Source of the DNA: Cystobasidiomycetes sp. EMM_F5
Lineage: Eukaryota
Direction: 5' to 3'
Length of the DNA: 63,468 nucleotides
NCBI GenBank assembly: GCA_051047955.1
Contig: JBPGPT010000031.1
Coordinates: 124,001 to 187,468 of the forward strand
Part shown: positions 25,245 through 38,585 of the stretch, piece after piece
Position numbering within the stretch: position 1 is the stretch's first letter
Layout of the letters: each line of letters begins with the position of its first letter
The notes under the pieces: model-generated
What the model was told of the DNA's origin: nothing
Database searches by the model: none
What the model saw: the letters and a program-made list of their open reading frames with translations, nothing else
Program-made: the position numbers and the translations under genes

Positions 25245-26810
25245 TTATTTCTGTTTCAAAGTTTTGGGTATGTTTCGCAAGAGGGTCTGTGCGCTGACGG
25301 ATACGGCCAGCATGACGGTCGCGGCGAATCCATAAGTGACGGAGGGACCAAGCAACCAGTACATGGAAGTAAGCGCAAGCGGCCCACACGCTCTTCCGAG
25401 CTGTCCTGCACTCCGAAACCCGCCTAGAAGTCGGCCTTTATCGCTTGATGCATCGCACTCAATGGATGCTAGAGCGTTGAGCGAATTGACCACAGTCGCT
25501 GAACTCCATGCGATACACAGTGCAGCTGCCCATAGGAGGGCCTTTGGAATGCTGTTTTGCTCGGTCGTAAATGGTATACCGGCCAGGCATATAAGAGATA
25601 TCCAGCAGGAGCGGAGACCTGATGCGACCAGCTTCTCGGGCTTGTTGCCTCTTCTTCGCACCACACCACCTGCTGTCTCATCAATAAAAGCCAATAGAAG
25701 TCAGATTTATGGGATGATGCATACCTTGCGCTAAAGAAGACATGATACCGACAAAGCCCAACAGCATGCCATTCTGTGCATTATTGTATGCAAAGACGTC
25801 GAATGTCAGGAAGCACAAAGTGAATTCGGTACCTAGTTGTTTTAGGATTCAGCGGATGCGAAGGAGCCTGTCAGGCTATACGCCTACCGGAGAATATGAA
25901 TGAAAAGGCCATCATCAAGTGCTTGAGCTTGCGGAAGCGAGATGTAGCGCTGCCGCGGTTTACATGTGGGGTGCTGTCATTTTTGTACGACGGCTTTTGT
26001 GCTGGAAGTGTCTCTGGCAATGCGATGTATACGTATAGTGTCTCTAGGACGAGTAAGAGGACAGTCACTAGAGCAGGCAGAGAGTACTGTGACAAAGCAT
26101 TCGATGGCGGGTTCCACTCTTTCCACACCGAGACGTGTCGAACTAGATATGCACCCAGAGGAGGACCAAAAGTGAATGCGAGTGCAAAGCACATGCCTAC
26201 GAGTGCGAGGGACCGGGGACGCTGTTCGGGTGTAGTGACGTCGCTTATGATGAGGAGTGCCAGTTGGACATTACCCTCGCTCAGGCCTCCTACCAGTCGC
26301 GACAGGCAGTAGAGCTCAAAATTGCTGGCAAATAGCCACAGACTAGCAGAGAGGATATTGCCCAACAGAGTGAGAAGGAGCGTTCTGCGCCTGCCCAATC
26401 TATCGCTCAGACTGCCAATGTATGGCGAGACGAGGTACTGGCAGAATGAGAATATGCTAGCGAGTACTCCTCCGAGAATGACGACGTCTAGTCGTGCTTC
26501 CTGTTGAGTTGACCGCTTGGTGGCCTGGGATGCGGTCAATGTGTGACGGGCGGATGCTAGACCACGAAGCAGATATTGCAGGAGGGATGTCTTTTTTGGA
26601 GTGATGGTATCTTGCTGGATGTACGCTTGGATCAGATGCGGGAAGAGGGGAAGGGGACTGTGGGGAAGAGGGCACATACACCCTCATTCAGCATGGTACT
26701 AACCTACTAACAGCTGCGGCTCACAGGGTGAATGCGAGCAGGTCAATCACCAAGGAAACGACGACGGCGCGGACTGCGGTGCGGGTCAAGGGAGAGGGCG
26801 AGTCAGCCAT
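25245..26810 (-). CDS. MFS transporter, MFSD10/TetA-like
   Basis: SLVIDLLAFT..PLPLFP, motif A GSLSDRLGRRR, RLVGGLSEGNVQL, AFTFGPPLG, LPET, and GRLLGGFRSAGQLGRACGP. Confidence 0.88.
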
Positions 26811-27145
26811 ACTGAGTTAGAGGATGCGGGTCAGTGAGCGTCAGTGGTCAGTGGGCAGTCAGTGAGGGAGCGAGTGAGCGTCGTCATGGAAAGTGCAGAG
26901 TCTTTGAGACAATAATCTTTATTCAATAAGTTGTAATCTGTTGTGGAATCCTTGTAATAGATTACTATCACAATTCTAATTCCATTACTCTGTTTGTAAT
27001 GCCAGTCAAGGGTTCAATTCTCCTCTCCTTCATATTTTCCCCTTTTGCCATCTGTTTTTCCACCCCCGCGACTAGTTTCCGCTCTTGTTTACGCCGACAA
27101 TACATGAAATATCTGAAATATTTACTGCATTCTGCATGATTAGCC

Positions 27146-30100
27146 ATGGCAAGACGGGGAGCTGCACCGTCATCATCACCGCAGCAGCCAGTCAGGACGA
27201 GCGCAAGAAGGGCAGCGAATTGCTCGCTTTCCTCGCCGTCCAAGAGTCACAACATCAATATCCCCCATCATTCGGCTGACCCCCTCAACCCACTCCTTCC
27301 CCGTCCGCCCTCATTTGCGTCAAATCTATCCAACACCCTCCCCTCTTCTGCCGCCGGGCCATCGAGATTGTCAAAGGTAGCAGCAGTTGTGCCCGCAACG
27401 CCAAAGAGGAGAAAGAAGCGGAGCTCAATGGACGAGAGAGACCCGTCGACCGCTGGGTCAGAGACGGGAGACGATGTGACAATGGACGACAGCGTGGCAG
27501 ACGTCGAGAGGTCGTTGAATGGCAACGACGACGCAAACAAGTCGAGAATTGTCAGCAAGGGCAAGCAAAACATATGCGTATGCGTGAGGTGGGCAGTAAA
27601 GGCAATATAGACGCATACATGCAACTATACTGAAACAGCTGCTTTCAGACTGCGCCCATCGTCGCCCGGGTCCGACGACTATGACAATCCAATCTGGATC
27701 ACAGACTCGGAGCACAGCACAATCAAGCCATCTAGCGCACACCCTACAGCTCAGAAACGGGGAGAGCTATCGACCGGCACGTACGACTTTCATTTCGGTG
27801 AGCCCACGCTGTCCATTGTTTATCAAAACAGACGACGTTTGACGCAATGATCGCCAGATGCCCTGTTGGAGCAGCCTCACCCAACGTCAAGCTTGTACAA
27901 GAGCAAGCTGGCTCCACTAGTCCAATCATGTCTGGAGGGCTACACTGGCACAATCTTCTCGTACGGCCAGACGGGTGAGTCGCGGCATTCGCACGTTGCC
28001 TGATCACGCCAACGGTAATTCGCTTCGCAGGCTCTGGCAAGACGCACACTATCATGGGATCCGATGAAGAACCAGGCATAATACCACTCGCCGTCCGAGA
28101 CATCTTTTCTACTATCGCCAGCGAGCCACAACGAGTATGGACTCTCAAGGTCTCCTACCTCGAGATATACCTCGAGAATCTACGAGATCTACTCGCACCA
28201 TCTGTCGTTGGCCAGTCGTCTCAGAAGGATACACCGGGCAGCCAGAAGTCGCAACACACTCCATCTAATGATAAACAAAAAACGCGCCTAGCAGTTCCTC
28301 CGCGAGCAGACGGCAAGGTATTTGTAACGAACCTGCATGAAGTGCCAGTATCGAGCATTCAAGACGTACACGACGCGCTGCGTGCAGGCGAAGACTATCG
28401 AAGTGTGGCTGCGACAGACTGGAACCATCGCAGTTCAAGATCTCACTGCATATTCTCGATTGTGAGTGCTGCTTTTGAGCTTAAACGTGGCATGTTTACA
28501 TTCTGTGTCCACTCAGACTATCGAATCCGAACCTCGTTTGGATTCCCTTGTCGCAAAATCTGCATTGTCTTCGTCGGCATCGAGTGATTCCGTTGCAACA
28601 GAATGTGGAATCGACTCTCACCAGCCCGCAATCTGTGTCGATACCACATCTCGCCGGTCTCAACTCCACCTCATCGACTTGGCCGGTAGCGAACCTGCTT
28701 CTGCCGACGAAGAACGGAGGAAAGAAGGAAGCAGCATCAACAAGAGCTTGCATCATTTGAGTAGTGTCATCAAGGCTCTCTCCGAGGGTCGCACGCCGGA
28801 AACGTACAAGAACAGTAAATTGACCAGGTGAGTAAGGACGCGATACTTTTGTATATGCGGCAATGCTGATCACTGAACCCACCGCAGCATATTGCAATGG
28901 TCTCTTTCGGGCAATGCGAGAATAGCTATCGTACGCAGCGATGACCCAATCAAAGGCATGACGGACCTATCTGACATTGCTATTTCACAGATCTGCACCA
29001 TATCGCCAGAACATCGGCATGGGTCAGCATCAATCAGCACACTCAAGTTTGCGCAGGCCGCAAAGCGTATAAAGACCGATGCGAAGAAGGGTATTGTGTG
29101 TCTGCATCCCATAGAACCGCTTCAGGATTACAATGGGCTGATCTACCACACATCACAGATGCAAGACTCTGGTATTGACATGCTACAGCGAAAGTTGGCA
29201 GAGCAGCAGAGGCTGGAAGAAGCTTATCAAGCTGAGAGAGCAACATGGGCGCAGAAAGGTGCAGAGCTGGAAAGTGAACGCCAGCGAGTGAGTATTATTT
29301 CCGGATCCACAAGTACGGCTAGCTGGAGACTAAAGTCAAACACAGCGACAAGACGCAGAGACGGATGCCGAGATTGCCAGGTCGGCAGCAGAAGAGCATC
29401 GCCTTGATAATCTACGCTTGAAAGAGGAGATTGCGCGGTATCAGAGCAACATGATATCCTCTGCAAGTCTGTCTGCCGCGTCGGCCGTGGCGAGTCCTGC
29501 GAGAAGCAAGTACTACGGCGAAGTGCGCAGTGCAAGTGCACATTCCGGTCCTGGCAGACGTCGCATCAGCGAAGTTGCTTTTGGTATTCCTGCTCCTGGC
29601 CCTCTATTACCCAGTAGTTCATCAATGCGGAGCTTCAGCATGCTCGATACTATCGCAAGTTCTGGGGAAATAGATGCGAAAGATGGCGAAGGCGCAAGTC
29701 AAGCGGCTACTGCAGAATATGAGGAGCGTCTGAAGAAAGTCCAAGCAACACTGGCGAAGGCACTAGCAGATATCGAGTAAGTAAATGACGCTATCCTCTC
29801 CAAGATTGCATCTAACGGGTTTACGAATAGGCTTGCGGCTACCAAACATGCTAGCCTGATGAACGAACGTGATGAGCTCGCTGAGCGGCTTGATCGCGAA
29901 GAGACAAAGGCGGCCACAGCAATAGGCGCAGCTGAACACCAGAAGAATCTCGCAGACGAAGCGGTACAGCAGGCACAAAAGCAAACAGAAGCATTGCAGC
30001 AAGCACAGAAGCAGATGGAAATAATGCACGCAGCTCAGAAACAAATGGAAGCGCAACATTTTGCGGCTTCGGAAGAGTCCAATTCGCTTCGGGACGTTTT

Positions 30101-32405
30101 GCAGGCCTGTATAGACAAGCTAAACGCCGAAGGCGTTTCCAAGGATTCAAAGATCGAGACCTACGCAGAAGAGCTTGAGCATGCAAAACTAACATCGGAG
30201 AACCGACTGCACGAGAACCAAGCCTTGCAGGCCGAGCTCGACACTGAGCGTCACAAAGCATCGAATCTGTTGCAGCAAATTGAACAGGCCAATGCCGATG
30301 TTACAGCGAAGGCCGAAGAGCTCAGGCAGGCGCGCGATGCCCTTGCGTCTGCTCGCGAACAGCTCACGAAGGCAGAAGATACTATTCGGCATTCAGAGAG
30401 CACAATTATGGACCATGCCAAGCAGAACGACGCCTTACAGCAAGCAATTCGAACTCTTGCGAAAGAGAAGGAAGAGATAGTAACAGCCCAGGTTACCTCG
30501 ACAGATTGCAGGCTGGTCGACATGCAGAAGCTACTTGATAGTAATCAAGAAACCTTGAGCGAACAGCAAAATAATCACAGAATCGCTATAACGACATTAA
30601 CAGCGGAAATCCAGGATCTCTCGCACAAACTTGCTGCTGCGGAGAAAACGCTCTCTCAGAGCTCTGAAAGTACAGACAGGGAGCGCGAGTTGGCGGAGCG
30701 AACCACTACTGCACTGCGCGATGAGAGTCTGGCATTAACGGCTCAGCTCGCAACAAGCAGACAAGAGCTACTGGCGTCTGCAACGACAGTCAAGGAGAGA
30801 GATGCGGCCCTGAGAGAAGCTCGTAGGAGCATGGAGGAGATGTCCGAGACTTTGAAGGCAGCGACTGTGACGATCGAAACGAAATCGGCAATGCTGGCGA
30901 ACGCGAACAAGACTATCAAGGGCCTCGAGAGCGAAGCGGAGACACTTCGGCGCGACAAGGAATCACAGGCTGCGTTTGCAGTATCAACAACGAACCACGT
31001 TGCAGAATTGGAGACGACACTTGCTGCTACTCGAAGCGAAGTGTTGGCTGCTCATGTGCAAATGCAGGGGCTGAACAAAGACATAGAGCAGCAAGATTTG
31101 GCACGATCGGGTCTTGAGTCGAAGATAGAAAAACTGCAAGGACAAGTCGATGCATTGAAGCAGACGAACGAAGAATTGCATTCACGAATAGCCCATCTGC
31201 AATCAGAAGCAGATACCAAGGCGCAAGAGTTATCCACTCAAATCACGCTTGCACGAGCACAAGCGGCACAGCATGACGCGGTCATGGATGAGCTGGCGGC
31301 AGACCTCAAACGTACCCGGCACAAATGCGACCAGGCCATAGCTGAAAAAGACGGACTACTGGAGCAACTCAGGCGAGTCGAAGCATCGGATGAAGAAATG
31401 AAGACGCAAAACCGAGATCTTGTCATCCAAGTGCGAGCTCTGGAAGCTGCACGTAGTCGTTCAGCGATGGCCGTACAGACGGCAAGCATAAATGTTCAGC
31501 AAGACTTCAGTGCAATCCGCGCACACGTACGAGCCGTATCATCCAAGGTTGGCTTGGGTCAGAGTTCGTCACGCAACTTAGCAAGTAGCACAGGCAGCTG
31601 CCGGAGCGAGCTCGAGGATGAGCAGCAAAAGAAGATCGAAGCACTCCAATCAGACGTTCAAATGCTGCAAACCACGAATACACAAAACGCCGTAATTATC
31701 GCTCAGTACGAAGAGACTATCCGGAACTTGCAAGCCGATGGAAACCAGGTGAGGTGGGGAACGTGATCACTTTTTCCATCTTGCCGGAGCTAAATCAACT
31801 ACTGTCACAGATGCTTTTACGGGAAAAGATACACGTACTGACCAATCTATTACAGGATGAAAATAGCGAGAAGCAGTCCCAGCCTCGGACGACTTCGACA
31901 CCGCCAACCACGCCCAGCCGAGTAAGACAGCCACCAATAGATTCGCCTGATCGCCAGCCCTTGACTGCGAGAAGCACTCACAAGATGCCCTCTGCGAGTT
32001 TGCTGAGAAGCTATAGTCGGCCCGGAACACCCCAGCGGCTCGATCAGCATCATTATAATCAAAGAGAAGCAAGTCCGATGCCGCTTCCAGCTCATCCCGG
32101 CATGCTCAGCTCCTCACCGAAGAAGTCGACAAGCATTAAGAGGGACCTCAACAAGCTGAGAGAAGATAGTCCTGTTGGTCGCGGAGTGTACGTAGGGAAG
32201 CGCATCATGACTTTCGTAGTCTAGTTGCTGACTCGCGTTATACACCAGCTCCATCTTCCGTTCTCCTGGGTCCCGCCATCTGAGTGATCTTACTGGGGCG
32301 AAACGGGATTTGACCGTTGCAAACATGCATTCCCGACGTGACAGACGGATCGCGACGTCAACCGATGTCACTGAAGATCCCTTCTCCAGCAGGATCGACA
32401 TTTGA
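27146..32405 (+). CDS. N-terminal kinesin motor, probably kinesin-7 (CENP-E/Kip2-like), with long coiled-coil stalk
   Basis: P-loop YGQTGSGKTHTI, MGSDEEPGIIPLAV, VSYLEIYLE, NHRSSRSH, LIDLAGSE, SKLTR. Coiled coil at 29859-31750. A probable last exon ends at TGA 32403-32405 (unspliced stop at 32224). Confidence 0.9.
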
Positions 32406-32975
32406 TTACTTGCATTTGTGAGGTTTCGCCTCCACTGTACAATCCAGCCAATCAAATCAGTATTCGAACTTCCATTCAGTCACATTCTCCAGTTTCCTAT
32501 TTGTATGTATTCCTCTTGTTCCAACGGAATTATCATACACATAATTAGAATCAGCGCAGAGCGCACTCTGTATCTAGTTGGGTTGAAGGAGTAAGGTCGC
32601 TTGACTGCACCCGACGTGCTGTTTGATTGCCATTGACCAAGGATATGCGAGCATAGCAACTGCTGCATTGCGATATTGCGGAGAGTTTATCCCGTTTGTT
32701 TCCAGTCTCCTCAGCCATAAGTGGTCTGCAGTCGGTAGGGTGCGCCAAATTAACGAAGGCTCCAAGAGCGCCTTTGATTATAATTGCCTGAAGCCTTCTC
32801 AACTGCCGATGTGTGCCAACTTTGATGTAAGCGAAGTCTGGTTGGACATTGTAGATTCGGAGCGAATCGAGATGGGAGTCTTCGGGCTTGAAGCATGCGT
32901 GATCTTGCCAAGCAACGTTTCCGATGTGCCAAGCTGTCGTGGGAGGTCTGGTGTACTCTTCCAGGGGTCAGATCC

Positions 32976-34053
32976 TCACATCTCAGCATCCTGCGCCTTC
33001 CACCAGTCTAGAAGACCCAGTCCGGCTTCCTGGATCGAACACTGAGAGGGGGTTAGACTCTGTGCAACGTCCAGGCAGCATTTTGAGACCCACCTGCAGT
33101 CTATACGGCGGTGGTCCTGAATGTACAGCTGCCGTCGGTGTAGCTGTCGTCTGTGTTGGGCCCCCTTGAGCTGGTTGTATCACTTTTGGCGCAACTTTGG
33201 GCATCACGTCGTAAAACTCTTCTGCGAGCACGCGTATCCGTATGACTTCACCAGCAATGATGTAGAAGCGCTCGTCTTCCGGTGTTGCGTCGACTTCAGC
33301 ACGAGTAGCTCCATCTTCTGCGTTGGCAGCCCAGAAGAATTCGGATCGTGCGGCGTCGCTGTGCATACATAGTCAGTCGTCAATGTAGGCAGGGAGGATG
33401 CGAGATGCTTTACAATGAGCAATTTGGCGGTAGTCGGTAGTCAGGGATCCAGCAGTCATCAAAGAAGCCCAAAGTGACTGTGGGGCATGGCAGGGAGTGT
33501 GATATTTACATGAGCACGCCCAGCAAGCGAGCACTATCAACTCAACGACTCACCGCGTATACCTTCCTTTGACGAGCGTGCTACTTTTCCAAGGACGACC
33601 TCGTCGATGAAGGGTTTGAAGACGATGATGCGGAAAATGACTGCGCAAGGAGAACGGCAATACTGGCCGTCAGAAGCTATCCGGAAACGATACGGACGTC
33701 AGTATCGCCCACCCTTGTGGTAGACGCAGCCGTCGCCGTAGAGGATTATGCCTTCGGAGGACTCTTCGATGTCAAAGAGCGCAACGCAGAGTCCAACTTG
33801 GGGCAGCACCTGGACAGCCCGTTCAGCGAGTGGACCATCACTAACTACTGACTCGCACTGACCTTGTTGGCGTACTTCTTGTTGAGCTCGTCCTTGAGCG
33901 CGACTTCGCGGTCCTTGCCAAAATTGTGAGCCTGGATCTGGACGGTGTCCTGGGGAGCAGTGACCAAGATTGCGATAGCCGTGAGCTGACGGACGCTGTC
34001 GGAACCCCCTGAGCTGATTGCAGACTGACCTTGAGCCTGCTGATGATAAACAT
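32976..34053 (-). CDS. RPC25: RNA polymerase III subunit C25 (RPC8)
   Basis: MFIISRLK, LNKKYANKV, VGLCVALFDI, IIVFKPFIDEV, LGFFDD, IRIRV, and C-terminal EAGLGLLDWW. Confidence 0.92.
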
Positions 34054-34597
34054 CTTGGACGTTGTGCAGAAACAACGCCGGGGGCAGCAACAAGGCTGTT
34101 ACATGCGAATCGCTGACTGACTGCGTGTCTGTGTTCTGTTTCATGCATACTTACCTCCTCTGCAGCCTCACCACTCTCTGACTCTGTCCCCTCGACGGCC
34201 CTGGTATTCTCCCCTCACTGCAATCTCCGCAACACATCGTCCTTTGCACCGCACTCACACCGTCACACCGTTTACGTGGATATGCACAAATATCACCATC
34301 TCACAGTGTCCCCATGGAGGCTTTGGCAGACCTCGACACACCGTCGTCCACGCCCATCGCCTTATCGACGAAGGGGCCGTTTCCACATTCCAAGTTTACA
34401 AGATGGGTCGACGCAGGTGGCGTCCTTCTTCTTCTCTCCTCATCCTCTGCAGTCACCTCCTCCATCTCGTCATCCTTTCCGAGTCCTGGCGACCGGTCGA
34501 TTCAAATTTCCACTTCCATACATATTCGCACCTCGAGCTGGTCTCTTACGATATCATCAGTCTACCATCAGTCTAAAAAGCCTTGAAGCAACTTATC

Positions 34598-36981
34598 ATG
34601 CACACTGCCACCCTTCTAGCTGTCCTGGCGGCCGGCTCGCTCGTTTCGGCTCGAGACATAAATCGTCCAGGACATCGAATGGTTCGAAAAGGTTTACAAA
34701 GAAAAGAAGTACCGCAGGAGCACAGCCATGAGAGCGTCCTTAGAGCTGTGCGAACGAGTCTTCAGGCCAATAATCCGGCTGGAATAGTCGATCCAGTGTG
34801 AGTCGCCCTTTTCTCTGCAAAAAGCCGCACGTTCCTTACGAATTCACTCAGATTCGCCTTGCTTGGAGATGCTGCAGCGGCTAACGGCGGAGGCGGAGTG
34901 ACTCCGGAATGCTTGCAAACTCTTGTCAGCGATCAGGCCTTCAGCAATGCAAAGGCAATTGGCGACATTGATGGAATGACGGCAGCTCTAGTGTTCAGAG
35001 CACTCGAACGCAATACGGCAAGTGTAGGAGGCGTTTCAAAGCCGTGTACAGCTATCAAAGCCAAAAAGTAATTCGAAAGCTGGATATTATTTCCCAGAAT
35101 TGACATTGTGCATGTTACAGTGAAGCAATTGCCAAGATATCGCAGCATCAGGACGCTGCGTCCCCGAACGCCGCGGCTGTCAATAAGGCCATCACTGTGG
35201 AGCTCGCAAAGCAGATTGCTGCCATTGGCGGAGGTTGGTCGATATATGTGTTCTGAAGCACAATCAAGCTGATGTCCATGATCTGTATTCATTGGCAAAC
35301 GTCAGATCCCTTGGTCGCACTCAAATCCGGTACTTTTGCTCCTGGTCAAATTGGTGACCCTACTGCCAAAGGTATGTGGAATGTCAGAGTATCAACGGCG
35401 ACATCACCCTGATCTGGCTCAAGGCAATACCTGCGACGACGCGAACGATGCGGTCGGCTGCATCTTCACTCAGAAGCTGCTTGTGGAAGACGCTACGGAG
35501 GACGAGATCCGAGCAGTGAGCAGTGCGAATCGTGTCCGAACGGATGCAGTCTGAATGAACTCGCGATATAGGCTGTTGCTGGGGTAGCAGTCAACGGAGG
35601 AAAGAACGAGTCAAATGCCTGTCAGGTAGGCTCTTCCTCGCTGACTCTGAAGCAGAGGTGTGCAACATGTACTGATTGTCGTTTCCGCAGTCGACCGTTT
35701 TCGTCACAGTGACCGCATCTTTCCCTTCAAAAACGGCTAACACCCAGGCGACAGCACCTGCAGCAGTAGTCACTGCAGCTACGCCAGTGGCATCTCCGGT
35801 ATGACTTATACCTACTCTGCTGCAAATAAATCCGCTTACAATTGTGTTAAATAGGTTGTTGCAGCTGGCGGGGCTGGCGTCGACTCCATTGCAGCCGCTG
35901 GCAAGTTGAGCGCCAACATTGACCTTGGCAAATGCCCGCACATCGCTATGGGTTTTGCAAAAGGCATCGAGGGCAGAAAGGAAACAGCTTTCATTCCGGC
36001 TGGTAGGTGTATATTTGGCGATCTTTGCGGTCTGGTCATTTCGCTAATGGCATTCTTCAAAAAAGACACGACCCAATACGCGCATGGATCTGCTCAGGTG
36101 AGCAAAGGTGTGATCAGTGTCGTGAAGCCATACTGAGACAATGGGTCGCTCCATTTCAGAATTTTGCGTTAGTACAGCTTAGTTCTCGAAGTCTCCGGAT
36201 TATCGTTTAAATCGGCCTACTCCTGCAGCATTATTACTGAATTCATGTGCGACAACCTAGTCAACAATTGGTACGTTCTCCGGATGAGCGACTTTGCAGC
36301 GCAGATTGTTCTGATTCCTTGTTTCCACAGTGGCCTCAAGAATGGAGACGCCGGACACATCGCCTGCCTTGCTGCGAAAGCATCCGTTGCCAATGGCTCG
36401 AAAGACGGCAGTACTGCAGATATGTGGAATGCTGCATTCGGAATTGCCACTTCTTTCAGAAACGTACAGGTCTTTGACAACCAAGGCCGACCAGTTGGAA
36501 ATGCAGGTGCTAGTGCAAACAACGGCGGAGGCGCTGCGCAGAATAGCGGAAACACGAGCGGCAACGGCAGTCAAGCTAACAGCTCACAAAACACGGGCAA
36601 TGGCAAAGCGAACAGTAACGGAAATATCAGTAACGGCGCGAATGCAGGCTCAAACGGCGCAGCAGCAAGCGGAGGCAACCTTCAAAAGTTCAGTGGAGCT
36701 CTCGGTGGTGTGACTGCGCCTGCGGTCACTGCAGGAGGTCGCGGATTCGTTGTGGCCGGCAACGCAGACTTTGTCAATCTCTCTGCCGCGCTCTCGAGAT
36801 CGTGTGCCGTACAGCACAACGCGGTGAGTTGAAGTTGAAGGTGTGTGTTAGTCACAGCTGATCTATCGCTTCATTCCCGCTGTACCTTCAGTGCGCCAAC
36901 GCGGCCAACAGCAATCGCCAAGCTGGATTCAAGGTCTCCGACTGTGACGCGCAGGAGGGGAAATGCAACAGCACCAAGTAG
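34598..36981 (+). CDS. Secreted Cys-containing fungal protein of unknown function (EVPQEHSH-type), many introns
   Basis: Signal peptide MHTATLLAVLAAGSLVSA, then EVPQEHSHE, RALERNT, QHQDAAS, SGTFAPGQIGDPTAKGNTCD, a Thr/Ala linker, an Asn/Gly-rich linker, and C-terminal NLQKFSGALGG...RSCAVQHNACANAAN...C. Confidence 0.8.
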
Positions 36982-37090
36982 TTTGAAGTGGTGTACTAGA
37001 CCGCTTTACGTTGTTGTCTGCGTAACTTTTGCGCATAAAGCCTCAGCGTTCATTGCAACATGGTTGTCTCCGCTTTACATTGCCAAAACC

Positions 37091-38273
37091 ATGGACAGCC
37101 GGGAAGGAAAGCAGATCATTTCCCTGTGAATAGTATAAGCTTCATATGCTCAAGGACACCGTCTGACGCGCATTACCATAAAAACCCAGAATCAAAAGAT
37201 ATCTGATTCCAAACGTTCGCAAATGGTGGAAACGTCGCCAGCAGAGCCAGCAGCAGTCGCAGCAGCAGTCAGCGCAGTCGCAGCAATATCCGGACAATAC
37301 CTATGCTCGTGCGGGCTGGCCTAGCTGTCCGAGCAGTAAACTAACGCTGACGCCGTACTGACGTTTAGAAACGACGGGTCAGCCAGCCCAGCAGTACTAC
37401 GGCATTGCCCCGCAGCAGCCATATAATGACCAGCAGCAATACCATAACCAGTCGCTGCCGCCCCAGCAGCAGTACAGGCCGCCCACGCATACCGTGAGGA
37501 GCGGCGTGGATGCGGAGACGTCGAAGAAGTGCTGATTTGCTGCTTTTCGCCAGAACTCGGACATCCAGAATGCCCAGGACCCACACTACATTGCCTTGCG
37601 GAATCAGGCTATCCAAGAGGGCAACCTCATGCACCAGGCTTTCGATGGGGCTTCCAGGGCTCACCAGGCCGGAGACGGGGCAAGAGCCAAGCAGCTCAGC
37701 ACACAGGGTCACACTCACCAGCAGCGCAAGGACGATCTCAACAGGCAGGCCGCAGACTTTATATTCAACGCAAACAATCGCAGTCAGCCGCCGGGGTCCA
37801 TCGACCTGCACGGCCTGTTTGTGCAGGAAGCGATAGAGCGGACCGAACGAGCAGTGCAGGTAGGCAACTCGTACAGACTTGACTGCTCGATTCTGTTGAC
37901 TCTCTCTTCCATAGACCGCACAATCGCAAGGCCTTTCGCAGCTGCGTGTCATCACAGGCAAAGGCATACATTCGCAAAACCACGTTGCAAAGATCAAACC
38001 AGCCATAGAGCAGCTGATGGTCAAGTAGGGATGACAGATCTCCTCGTCGACATGGCTGATGTGCTCGTTTGTAATCGGCTAGGTATAACCTCTCTGCGCA
38101 CCTCGACGAACACAACTCGGGCGTGCTTATAGTCAACCTTGCTGGTGGAGGGTCCCGCGACGTAAGCCAGAGATTGATGAGTTATACGGCAGGCTGATAT
38201 TTTCGTATCCCAGCTCGGATGGGTAGACCAGGCCGACCGCGAAGCTCCAGACGGCAACTGTCTCATTATGTAA
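37091..38273 (+). CDS. DUF1771-Smr domain protein (Ypl199c-like) with Gln-rich N-terminus and C-terminal CaaX (CLIM)
   Basis: Smr motifs IDLHGLFVQEA, RVITGKGIHS, KIKPAI and NSGVLIV, preceded by DUF1771-like ASRAHQAGDGARAKQLS. Last exon 38214-38273 ends GNCLIM*. Confidence 0.85.
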
Positions 38274-38585
38274 CCATCCAACAGCAGACGATAGTATTCT
38301 TGATGAGCTCTGGCAATGCCGGGCAATAACAGTACTGGAACAGGAAGCGATAGCCCTTGGGTTCTGAGAAGCGTTTGCTCGAGGCCGGAAACAAGCGTCG
38401 ACTTGGCAGCGGATCTGTTGAACCACGAACACTGCAGAATAAAAACAAAGCAGTCCGTTCGCCTAGTCAGGTAACGTTCGCTGGCTGAATGTGGCGTCTG
38501 AAGTATCCTGGTAGGACACCGAACGTGCTGGACGACGCTTGTTGACGGGTTGGTGAGATTGGCAATGTATGAGGACAGTGGAATC

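Noticed and set aside
32406..32975. About 570-bp gap between the kinesin and RPC25 stops, with short ORFs
   Set aside because: No splice chain or ncRNA signature. Consistent with convergent 3' UTRs.
34147..34160. ATACTTACCT resembles the U1 snRNA 5' end
   Set aside because: It is followed by unstructured pyrimidine-rich DNA with no U1 stems or Sm site. It is better explained as a minus-strand donor (AG|GTAAGT) of a 5'-UTR intron of RPC25 at about 34154-34096.
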